In this document: in pieces, positions 30,801-38,436 of the stretch | Layout: each line of letters begins with the position of its first letter | Numbering within the stretch: position 1 is the stretch's first letter | NCBI GenBank assembly: GCA_963768855.1 | Contig: CAVYJM010000018.1 | Span: 32,001 to 96,000 of the forward strand | Reading direction: 5' to 3' | Source of the DNA: an uncultured Thermoplasmata archaeon | GTDB taxonomy: Archaea; Thermoplasmatota; Thermoplasmata; RBG-16-68-12 | DNA: 64,000 nt | The notes under the pieces: model-generated | Seen by the model: only the letters and a program-made list of their open reading frames with translations | What the model was told of the DNA's origin: nothing | Database searches by the model: none | Program-made: the position numbers and the translations under genes

Positions 30801-32496
30801 CCGTCTCACCTCCTTTCCAGATACATCGGGGCCCCAGGATCACTTCCTTCGCGCTCTTCCCCGGGGGCATGATCGGGAGGATGTCCTCGTTCGGGTCGAT
30901 CGTCACGTCGATCAGGAAGGGGACTTCCGCCGCCTTGGCCCGCTCGATCGCGTCCGGGATCTCCGAGTTCCGCTCCACGTGGACGGCCTCGCAGGCGTAC
31001 GCCTCCGCGATCTTCGTGAAGTCGGGAATCTTGCCGAGGTTTACGGCGGAGAACCGCTGTCCGTAGAACATCCGCTGCCACTGGAGCACCATCCCCAGCG
31101 CGCCGTCGTTCATGACGAGGACCGCGATGTTGATGCCGTTCTCCCGGGCCGTGGCGAACTCCTTCATCGTCATCTGGAGGGAGCCGTCCCCCGCGAGGTC
31201 CATGACGAACCGGTCCGGCACCGCGACCTTCGCGCCGATCGCCGCGGGGAACCCGAAGCCCATCGTTCCGAGCCCGCCCGAGGTCAGATAGGAGCGCTTG
31301 CCGCGGACCTCGAAGAAGTGCTCGGCCCACATCTGGTTGCGGCCGACCTCCGTCGTGAGGACCGCGTCGTCGGGCAGCAGGCGGTTCAGCTCCCACACGA
31401 TCTTCTGTGGGAGGATCGGGGTCCCGGAGAAGTTGAAGTCGCACGCGCACTCCTTCTTCAGGGCGCGGACGCGCTCCAGCCAAGCGGTGTGGTCCTTCCG
31501 GACCCGGCGCTCCAGTCCCGCGATGAGCGCGTTCGTCACGGTGTACACGTCGCCGACGAGCCCGACGACGTTGGGGACATTCTTCCCGACCTCCGAGGAG
31601 TCGATGTCGACGTGGACGATCCGCTGCTGTTTCCCGAACTCGCTCAGCTTTCCCGTCGAGCGGTCCGAGAACCGCGTGCCCAGTGCGATGATCGTGTCGC
31701 AGTTGTTCAGGACGTAGGTGGCCACCATCTTCCCGTGCATGCCGACGGGGCCTAGCACGAGGGGATGATCTTCCGCAACGGAGCCCTTGCCCATCAGGGT
31801 CGTGACGACGGGCGCCTGGATCATCTCCGCGAGCCGCAGGATGTCCGACCCGGCCGTGGACCAGCGCGCGCCTCCGCCCACCATGATGACGGGCGCCTCG
31901 GCCTCCTCGATGAACTTGATCGCGTCGAGAAGGCGGGAGAGCTCCTTGCGGGGGCCGCGGCGGCGGGGCACGTGCACGGCCTTGACCGCGGACTCGGGCA
32001 CGTCCGCGTTCTGGATGTCCACGGGAAGATCGATGTGGACCGGAGCGTAGCGGCCGTGGGACGCGACATGGAACGCCTCGCGGAAGACGCGGGGCACCTC
32101 CTCGGGTTCTTCGATCCGCCAGTTGTGCTTCACGATGGGCATCATCAGGCCGAACGTGTCGACCTCCTGGAACGAGTCGTTCCCCATCACGGCGGTCGCG
32201 ACCTGGCCCGTGATCGCGACCATGGGTGAGGAGTCCATGTAGGCCGTCGCGATGCCCGTGATCAGGTTCGTCGCGCCGGGCCCGGAGGTCGCGATGCACA
32301 CGCCCGGCTTCTTCAGGATCCGCGCGTAACCGTCGGCCATGTGGGCCGCGTTCTGTTCGTGGCGGCAGAGGATGTGCCGCAGCCCCGAGGAATAGAGCTC
32401 GTCGTACAGGGGGAGGACCGCGCCGCCGGGGTGGCCGAAGACCACGTCGACGCCCTGCTCCTTCAGCGTGTCCACCGCGATTCGAGCACCTCTCAT
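30772..32496 (-). CDS. ilvB: Acetolactate synthase large subunit
   Basis: FGHPGGAVLPLY, RHEQ, TSGPGATN, GDGS TPP motif. Confidence 0.96.
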   Translation of the reverse strand: MRGARIAVDTLKEQGVDVVFGHPGGAVLPLYDELYSSGLRHILCRHEQNAAHMADGYARILKKPGVCIATSGPGATNLITGIATAYMDSSPMVAITGQVATAVMGNDSFQEVDTFGLMMPIVKHNWRIEEPEEVPRVFREAFHVASHGRYAPVHIDLPVDIQNADVPESAVKAVHVPRRRGPRKELSRLLDAIKFIEEAEAPVIMVGGGARWSTAGSDILRLAEMIQAPVVTTLMGKGSVAEDHPLVLGPVGMHGKMVATYVLNNCDTIIALGTRFSDRSTGKLSEFGKQQRIVHVDIDSSEVGKNVPNVVGLVGDVYTVTNALIAGLERRVRKDHTAWLERVRALKKECACDFNFSGTPILPQKIVWELNRLLPDDAVLTTEVGRNQMWAEHFFEVRGKRSYLTSGGLGTMGFGFPAAIGAKVAVPDRFVMDLAGDGSLQMTMKEFATARENGINIAVLVMNDGALGMVLQWQRMFYGQRFSAVNLGKIPDFTKIAEAYACEAVHVERNSEIPDAIERAKAAEVPFLIDVTIDPNEDILPIMPPGKSAKEVILGPRCIWKGGETVASAIPARP

Positions 32497-32499
32497 GAG

Positions 32500-32645
32500 A
32501 TCCCACCAACAAAGCAGGCCGCCAGGGCCTCCTCGTTTCGAGGCCCTAGCGACCCTGGGCCCGCGGCCTTTTTCGGATACACACCGGGGCACGGTGCGCC
32601 GCGGGCGACTTGAGCACGACGTAGGACTTGGCGAACGCTATTTAA
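32500..32645 (-). promoter_or_regulatory. Internal promoter (TTAAATA 32645-32639) and structured leader with 23-codon uORF (VLKSPAAHRAPVCIRKRPRAQGR, 32617..32546)
   Basis: GTG 28 nt below the TATA; TAG in the 5' arm of hairpin GCTAGGGCCTC/GAGGCCCTGGC; then GGCCTGCTTTGTT-GGTGG-ATG. Confidence 0.55.
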
Positions 32646-33624
32646 CATTTGCCGACACCGACTCCGTCAATTGCCGAACATTCCCGACACCCGCCGAAAC
32701 GGGCTCCCGCACGGGGGTGAGCCATCCGCGGTAGCGCGGGTCCTCGCCCCGGACCGCGGTGAAGAAACCCCGCTGGATCTCGAGCGTCACGGGGCCGGCA
32801 TGGCCCGGACCGACCGCGTGCCAGTCCACCTCCCGCACGGGTGTGACCTCCGCGGCGGTCCCCGTGAGGAAGAGCTCGTCCGCCGCATAGAGATCCGAGC
32901 GGGAGAGGGGCGCCTCCCGCACCTCGTATCCCAGGTCCGCGGCGATCCGCAGGACCGAATCACGGGTGATCCCGGGGAGGAGGTCTTCCGATCCCGGCGG
33001 CGTGACGACCGTTTCGCCTGAGACGACGAACACGTTCTCGCCGGTCCCCTCCGCGACGCGGCCCGCGTCGTTGAACAGGATCGCCTCGTCGAACCCGGCA
33101 CGCATGGCTTCCTGGAAGGCGAGGCACGCGTTGACGTAATTCCCCGCGAGCTTCGCCGCGCTCGGCACGCTGTTCGAGGGCGTCTTGAGCCACGAGACGG
33201 TCTTCACGCGGATCCCGCGGCGCATCCCCTCCTCGCCGAGGTACGCGCCCCACGGCCACACGGCGACCGCGACGTGGACCGCGTTGTCTCGCAAGGAGAA
33301 GTTCATCCCGCCCAAGCCGTAGAACGCCACGGGGCGGACGTACCCTTCCTCGAGGCCGTTGCGAGCCACGACCTCGCGGCACGCCTCGGCGAGTTCGTCG
33401 GGCCCGTAGGGCAGGTCCATGTAGAGGTACGACGCGCTCCGATAGAAGCGCGCGAGATGGTCCTCGAGGCGGAACACCGCGGGGCCGTCCGCGGTCCGGT
33501 AGCACCGCATCCCCTCGAAGAGGCCGGTGCCGTAGTGCAGCCCGTGCGACAAGACGTGGACCTTCGCCTCGTCCCAGGGCACGTAGCGCCCGTCCATCCA
33601 GATGACGTCCGTCTTCGGCGGCAT
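32638..33624 (-). CDS. ilvE: Branched-chain amino acid aminotransferase
   Basis: LHYGTGLFEG, AKLAGNY, EGTGEN, LPGITR, GTAAE. Confidence 0.95.
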   Translation of the reverse strand: MPPKTDVIWMDGRYVPWDEAKVHVLSHGLHYGTGLFEGMRCYRTADGPAVFRLEDHLARFYRSASYLYMDLPYGPDELAEACREVVARNGLEEGYVRPVAFYGLGGMNFSLRDNAVHVAVAVWPWGAYLGEEGMRRGIRVKTVSWLKTPSNSVPSAAKLAGNYVNACLAFQEAMRAGFDEAILFNDAGRVAEGTGENVFVVSGETVVTPPGSEDLLPGITRDSVLRIAADLGYEVREAPLSRSDLYAADELFLTGTAAEVTPVREVDWHAVGPGHAGPVTLEIQRGFFTAVRGEDPRYRGWLTPVREPVSAGVGNVRQLTESVSANVK

Positions 33625-33637
33625 GCGATCGTTCCGC

Positions 33638-33796
33638 TCAGGCTGTCTCGTCCAAGAGGGGCGCGAAGTAATCCATGTACTCGCGCGTGAAGGACGTCAC
33701 GACCCCTCGCGGCATCGCGTTCGGCTTCGCTCGGCTCACAGGGTCCGCCTGTTCGCGGGCCGGGTCACTCGGGAGAGTCTTCGCTCTGACCACCAT
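33638..33796 (-). CDS. 52-aa hypothetical protein between leader and ilvE
   Basis: GTGG SD-like site before ATG; helical-looking C-term FTREYMDYFAPLLDETA. Confidence 0.45.
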   Translation of the reverse strand: MVVRAKTLPSDPAREQADPVSRAKPNAMPRGVVTSFTREYMDYFAPLLDETA

Positions 33797-33842
33797 CGAA
33801 CCACAAAACCTGTGCAGGCAGCGGATCGAGGCGGTCGTGCGT

Positions 33843-33896
33843 CTAGCACAACCGCTTCGTAAGCACAATAACCAGGAGAATCTGGTGGTGCTGCAT
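33843..33896 (-). CDS. Candidate ilv leader peptide MQHHQILLVIVLTKRLC
   Basis: ATG about 33 nt below TTATA box; seven consecutive I/L/V codons; stop in loop of 10-bp hairpin 33831-33855. Confidence 0.75.
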   Translation of the reverse strand: MQHHQILLVIVLTKRLC

Positions 33897-33960
33897 CCTG
33901 CGGGGGCGCCCAAAGCGGCGTGGGTATAATTATCTTTCGTCCAAGGCGATTTATTTCGCG

Positions 33961-34935
33961 CTACGACGTGACAATCGAAAAGTGCGGACCTCGATTCTTC
34001 ACCAAAGCCCGAATCGGGAGCGAGTTGTCAACGACCGACGTGAAGGCGTTGGCGCTCGCTCCGTCCGACGCGAACGCATCCCGCATCGCCTTGGCGGAAT
34101 GCTCAGCGGCCTGCCTCGTGCTAGCAAGGGCGAAGACCGTGGAACCGGAGCCGCTGATCGCGAACCCGGTGGCGCCCGCGTCGAGGGCGGCGCGTCTCGC
34201 ATTTTGGTACCCACGCAGAAGGGGGGATCGCGCCGGTTCGGCAAAACGATCCTCCAGGCAGCGACCTGCCAAGACGGCCTCCCCGCGCACCAGAGCGAGC
34301 GCGAGGGTCGAGGCCTTGCCCACGTTCGAGACCGCATCTTCCAGGGAGACCTGGCGGGGCAGGACCTTGCGCATGTCCGCGGTCTTCAGGACGAAGTCGG
34401 GGACGGCGATCGCGAGGTGAATCCGCGAGCTCACCGCCTCGCGTGCGAGGACGAACGGTTCCGCGGATGCGATCGTCACGAATCCGCCGAACAAGGCTCC
34501 CGCAATGTTGTCGTAGTGGCGTCCGGAAACCGCGGCCTCCCCCGCGGCCGCGCCCCGGAGGAACCCCGCGACTCCGATGCGCTTCGATTCCGAAGGAAAC
34601 GCCTCGAGGAAGGCGAGGGCGGCCGCGGCGCAGGAGGCTGCGGAGCTTCCGAGACCCCGCGCCGCCGGTATCCCCTTGCGCACCCGGACGGAGAGGTGCG
34701 TGCGGACGTGCGTGGCCTGCCGGAGGGCTTCGAGAACGATGCCCGCGGTGTTCTCGCCGAACCGCGCGGGGACGGTCCCCGCCCCGGGGCCCTCGACGGA
34801 CAGCGAATCCTCGTCCGCCTCCCGGATCGATACGGTGTCGGTCGGGCCGCGGATCGCGAGACAGAACACGTCGAATCCGGGTCCGACGTTGGCAATCGTG
34901 GCGGGGGCGCGCGCGGTCGTCCAGCCGGCAGCCAT
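33961..34935 (-). CDS. thrB: Homoserine kinase
   Basis: PATIANVGPGFD, PAARGLGSSAA, HYDN, ISGSGST. Confidence 0.93.
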   Translation of the reverse strand: MAAGWTTARAPATIANVGPGFDVFCLAIRGPTDTVSIREADEDSLSVEGPGAGTVPARFGENTAGIVLEALRQATHVRTHLSVRVRKGIPAARGLGSSAASCAAAALAFLEAFPSESKRIGVAGFLRGAAAGEAAVSGRHYDNIAGALFGGFVTIASAEPFVLAREAVSSRIHLAIAVPDFVLKTADMRKVLPRQVSLEDAVSNVGKASTLALALVRGEAVLAGRCLEDRFAEPARSPLLRGYQNARRAALDAGATGFAISGSGSTVFALASTRQAAEHSAKAMRDAFASDGASANAFTSVVDNSLPIRALVKNRGPHFSIVTS

Positions 34936-34945
34936 GCGGGGGTCC

Positions 34946-35224
34946 TCAGCCCCCGGCAATGGCGGGGAGCAAATCAACCGTTGCGTCCCGCGGGACCGGG
35001 GTCTCGAGGCCGCCCAGGTACCGGGTGTCTTCACCGTTCACGTAGACGTTCACGAACCGCTTGAGCGCGCCGTTGCCGTCGAAGATCCGCGCGCGGAATC
35101 CGTCGCCGTACCGCTTCGCGACCTCGTCAAACAGCTGCCCCACGGTCCCCTCGAACTCGAGGCTGATCTCCCGCTCGCCGCGGGTTGCCGTCGCGATCGG
35201 GGACGCCAGCACCAACTTAACCAA
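34946..35224 (-). CDS. MoaD/ThiS/SAMP ubiquitin-like sulfur carrier
   Basis: FVNVYVNGED...LLPAIAGG C-terminal diglycine; GGAGGTG SD before TTG. Confidence 0.9.
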   Translation of the reverse strand: MVKLVLASPIATATRGEREISLEFEGTVGQLFDEVAKRYGDGFRARIFDGNGALKRFVNVYVNGEDTRYLGGLETPVPRDATVDLLPAIAGG

Positions 35225-36458
35225 GGGTTGCACCTCCTAGGAATCGATCGACTGCCGCAGAATCGGGAGCCACAGGAGTGAGCTCGGGCAGGACGCCGTT
35301 CCACACCGCCGGCGCCTTGAGCCCGTTCCCCGTGATCAGGAGCACGACGCGCTCGCCGCGGTCGATCCGCCCGTCCTCCACCGCGCGCCTCAGGGTGGCC
35401 ACGGTAGTCCCGCCCGCGGGCTCCGCGAAGACGCCCTCCGTTCGGGCGAGGAGCCTCTGGCCCTCGAGGATCTGCTCGTCCTGCGGAGCGTCTGCGAAGC
35501 CGCGCGTGCGGCGCATGATCTGGATCGCCTCGAAGCCCGACGCGGGATCGCCGATCGCCAGGGATTCGGCGATCGTCGCGGGCCGTTTGACCGGCTGCGG
35601 GCGCCCGTCCTTCGCCTCGAAGCCGCGAACGATCGGCGCGCATCCCTCGGGCTGGGAGCCGACGATGCGGGTCTGGCCGTCGTCCACCTGGCCCAGGTCC
35701 CTCAGCTCGTGGATGGCCTTGTCCACGGCCGTCAGGAGGAGGCCGGAGCCCATGGGCACGACGACGACATCGGGCAGCTCGAAGCCGAGCTGTTCCCACG
35801 TCTCGAACAGGAGGGTCTTGGATCCCTCCGCGTAGTAGGGCCGGAGGTTGATGTTCACGAAACCCCAGCCGCGCCGGTCCGCGGCGATCAGGGCGACGCG
35901 GTTCGCGTCGTCGTACGTCCCGTCCACGGGAACGACCGTGGCGCCGTACAAGCGGGGGAGGAGGAGCTTCGTGGGCTCCAGGTGCGCGGAGGCGAACACG
36001 TAGCAGGGGAGGCGAGCCTTGGCCGCCGCGGCCGCCGTCGCGGCGGCGAGGTTCCCCGTCGACGCGCATCCGACTGCGGGCAGCCCCCACTCGCGCGCCT
36101 TCGCAATCGCAACGGCCACGGGCCGGTCCTTGAAGGAGTACGTCGGGTTCACGGTGTCATCCTTGACCCAGACCTCCCGCAGGCCCAGGGCCTCCGCCAG
36201 GTTCTCCGCGCGGCGGAGCGGCGTGTAGCCGGGCTGGAGATCGACGCGGCTCGCCTTGTCGAAGACGGGGAGGAGCTCGTGGTAGCGCCAGAGATCCTGG
36301 GATCGATGCGCGAGGGCGTCGCGGGTGAAGGCCTCCTTGACCGCCTCGATCTCGTAGCGGACCTCGAGGGGCCCGAAACACGCGTCGCAGACGACGAGCT
36401 TGGTCGGCGGATACTCGGTACCGCATTCACGACAGCGCAATCCGCGGACGTAGCCCAT
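35217..36458 (-). CDS. Threonine synthase-like PLP enzyme (second paralogue; possible sulfur-carrier-dependent synthase)
   Basis: NPTYSFKDRP, CASTGNL, NINLRPYYAEGSKT, PMGSG, EPAGG. Confidence 0.85.
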   Translation of the reverse strand: MGYVRGLRCRECGTEYPPTKLVVCDACFGPLEVRYEIEAVKEAFTRDALAHRSQDLWRYHELLPVFDKASRVDLQPGYTPLRRAENLAEALGLREVWVKDDTVNPTYSFKDRPVAVAIAKAREWGLPAVGCASTGNLAAATAAAAAKARLPCYVFASAHLEPTKLLLPRLYGATVVPVDGTYDDANRVALIAADRRGWGFVNINLRPYYAEGSKTLLFETWEQLGFELPDVVVVPMGSGLLLTAVDKAIHELRDLGQVDDGQTRIVGSQPEGCAPIVRGFEAKDGRPQPVKRPATIAESLAIGDPASGFEAIQIMRRTRGFADAPQDEQILEGQRLLARTEGVFAEPAGGTTVATLRRAVEDGRIDRGERVVLLITGNGLKAPAVWNGVLPELTPVAPDSAAVDRFLGGATLG

Positions 36459-36588
36459 GGGATCCCATCCTTGACGGGTTGGTGTGCCCGGACGCGAGGT
36501 GCGGTCATAACGGTTGTGACAGGAATTATGCGGACAGGAATACGCATATTCCCATTAGAAATAAGAAATGAAAGACGAGAACCGGCCC

Positions 36589-37179
36589 TCAGACGATCGC
36601 GGGGCTGGTGACCCAGTACTCGACCGCGGTCCATCCATCCGCCTGCCAGGTGAGGCTGAACTTGCAGTAGCTGATCCCGGGCAGGCCAATGCCGACGCCG
36701 GTCACCCAGAACACGTCTCCCACGTCGACCTCTCCGTTGTGGTCCCGGTCGAGCCAGATGACGTGATAAGGATCCTTGTGTGAGGAGGAGCCCACCAGGA
36801 GGGTGGCGTTCTGGCCACTTGCGGCCAGGGGAACCGCGACGGTGCCGAAGTTGTTGATCGTCAGGTTGACCGAGAACCCGGTCCAAGGCCAGGATGCATT
36901 GCTGTCGGAGCTCACGTTGAACGTGCCGTTGCCGTCGACCATGTAGGCGGGGGCGAACGCGATCGGAGCCGAAGGCAGCGGCTGGAGCGTCGTGACGAAG
37001 CCGTAGAAGGTCACGGCGAACACCGCGATGACGAGGACAAAGATGACAATGAGGAACGTGAAGCCGCGGCGGTCCGCGAGGCGCGGTCCTCGGAGGAATC
37101 CCCGGAGGCCTGGGGCGCGGGGAGGGATCGATGGGCCCCGCGGCTCCTCGCTCCCGGGCGTAGCGCTTGGGGACTCCAT
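36589..37179 (-). CDS. Membrane-anchored hypothetical protein with small extracellular beta domain
   Basis: Single TM (FLIVIFVLVIAVFAV), LDRDHNGEVDVGD motif; TTAACT box 30 nt upstream. Confidence 0.7.
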   Translation of the reverse strand: MESPSATPGSEEPRGPSIPPRAPGLRGFLRGPRLADRRGFTFLIVIFVLVIAVFAVTFYGFVTTLQPLPSAPIAFAPAYMVDGNGTFNVSSDSNASWPWTGFSVNLTINNFGTVAVPLAASGQNATLLVGSSSHKDPYHVIWLDRDHNGEVDVGDVFWVTGVGIGLPGISYCKFSLTWQADGWTAVEYWVTSPAIV

Positions 37180-37369
37180 CAATGCTACGGGACCGTCGGC
37201 GGTAGTTAAGGTCTCGTCCTGCGACAAGGGTTCATGCACTCCCGGTCCGTGCGGCGTACCGGCGGACGGAGGCGGTCGCGGGCTCCCCGCGTCGGTCGTG
37301 CCGCTGACGAAATTCCCGGCCAGGCACCGATTGGCGCCGCCCTGAGACCCCGATTGGCTCGGTGAGAAG

Positions 37370-37444
37370 TGGGCCCGGCCAGATTCGGACTGGCGACCTT
37401 CCGGTTATCAGCCGGACGCTCCAACCAGGCTAAGCTACGGGCCC
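37370..37444 (-). tRNA. tRNA-Ile (GAT)
   Basis: GGGCCCG/CGGGCCC acceptor, anticodon loop CTGATAA; T-loop reads TCCGAAT; TTTAAA box at 37471-37476. Confidence 0.92.
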
Positions 37445-37754
37445 GCGCTGGCGCAGAAGACCGGGCTCGATTTAAACGTTCCCCCGCAGTACTCGTGCGG
37501 CGCCCGAGGACGGCGTCGTGTCCGCACTCCGAGCGATGAGCGCTTAGCCCGGTGCCGAAGATTTAGTTCGGTCGCTGGCCTTTCGGCCAAGACGTGAACG
37601 ACGCTTCCCAGCAGGAAGAACCGAGAGGCCTGCGGCGCACGCACCTTATTCAAGATGAAGAGTCCGTACCGTGTCCTGACGATCGCGTCTTTGCGTTCCG
37701 GACAAGAGTGCAGAGAGAAGACAGCGATTCGCGGAGACGAGGCAAGGCGATGAC

Positions 37755-38336
37755 TTGAGCGACACGACAACGGGCTTCCTCAAGGTGTTGAACCCTGACG
37801 ACCACTCGGCCGGCGGCGGAACGGCCTCGGCAATCGCCGGATCGATGGCGTCCGCCCTCGTGGCCATGGTGGCACGTCTCTCCATCGTTCCGGACGCGCC
37901 CATGCCCGAGGAATCCTATTGCCGAATCAGCGAGGAGGCGGCCGACCTGTCGAAGCGCCTGCTGCTGGGCGGGGAGGAAGACTCCCGCGCCTTCAGCGCC
38001 ATCTTGACCGCCTTCCGATTGCCCAAGACTTCCGAGTCGGAGAAGAAGGCACGGACGGCCGCCATCCAACACTCGACGATTCTGGCGGCGCAGGTCCCCA
38101 TGAAGAATGCGGAACGATGCGCCCGCGTCATGGAGCTTGTGACTGAGCTCCGAGGGCGCTCCAACCCGAGAGCGGCCTCCGATCTGGAATGCGGAGCGTA
38201 CCTGGCCCACGCGGGACTCCTGGGTTGCGTCGCCAACGTCCGGGCCAACCTCCCATCCATCCGCGATCCCGCGGTCGTCGCCGAGCTGGAGGCTCGCATC
38301 CACAACCTTGCCGGGCCCTTGGGGACCCACACCTAG
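37755..38336 (+). CDS. Formiminotetrahydrofolate cyclodeaminase (stand-alone domain)
   Basis: AGGGTASAIAGSMASALVAMV, AASDLECG. Confidence 0.85.
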   Translation: MSDTTTGFLKVLNPDDHSAGGGTASAIAGSMASALVAMVARLSIVPDAPMPEESYCRISEEAADLSKRLLLGGEEDSRAFSAILTAFRLPKTSESEKKARTAAIQHSTILAAQVPMKNAERCARVMELVTELRGRSNPRAASDLECGAYLAHAGLLGCVANVRANLPSIRDPAVVAELEARIHNLAGPLGTHT

Positions 38337-38436
38337 CCCGGCTGGAGCGCGAAGCATCCGACATTAAGGTTCAAATAGCATGGGTCCGCCTGAGGTCGCT
38401 CGCTGAGTGCCGAGCGGGCGTTCAGCGAGGTGGACC

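Noticed and set aside
37445-37755. SRP or RNase P RNA; ORF-track protein 37435..37770
   Set aside because: Lacks the SRP helix-8 motif and the RNase P P4 motifs; the ORF overlaps the tRNA and its promoter and looks non-coding
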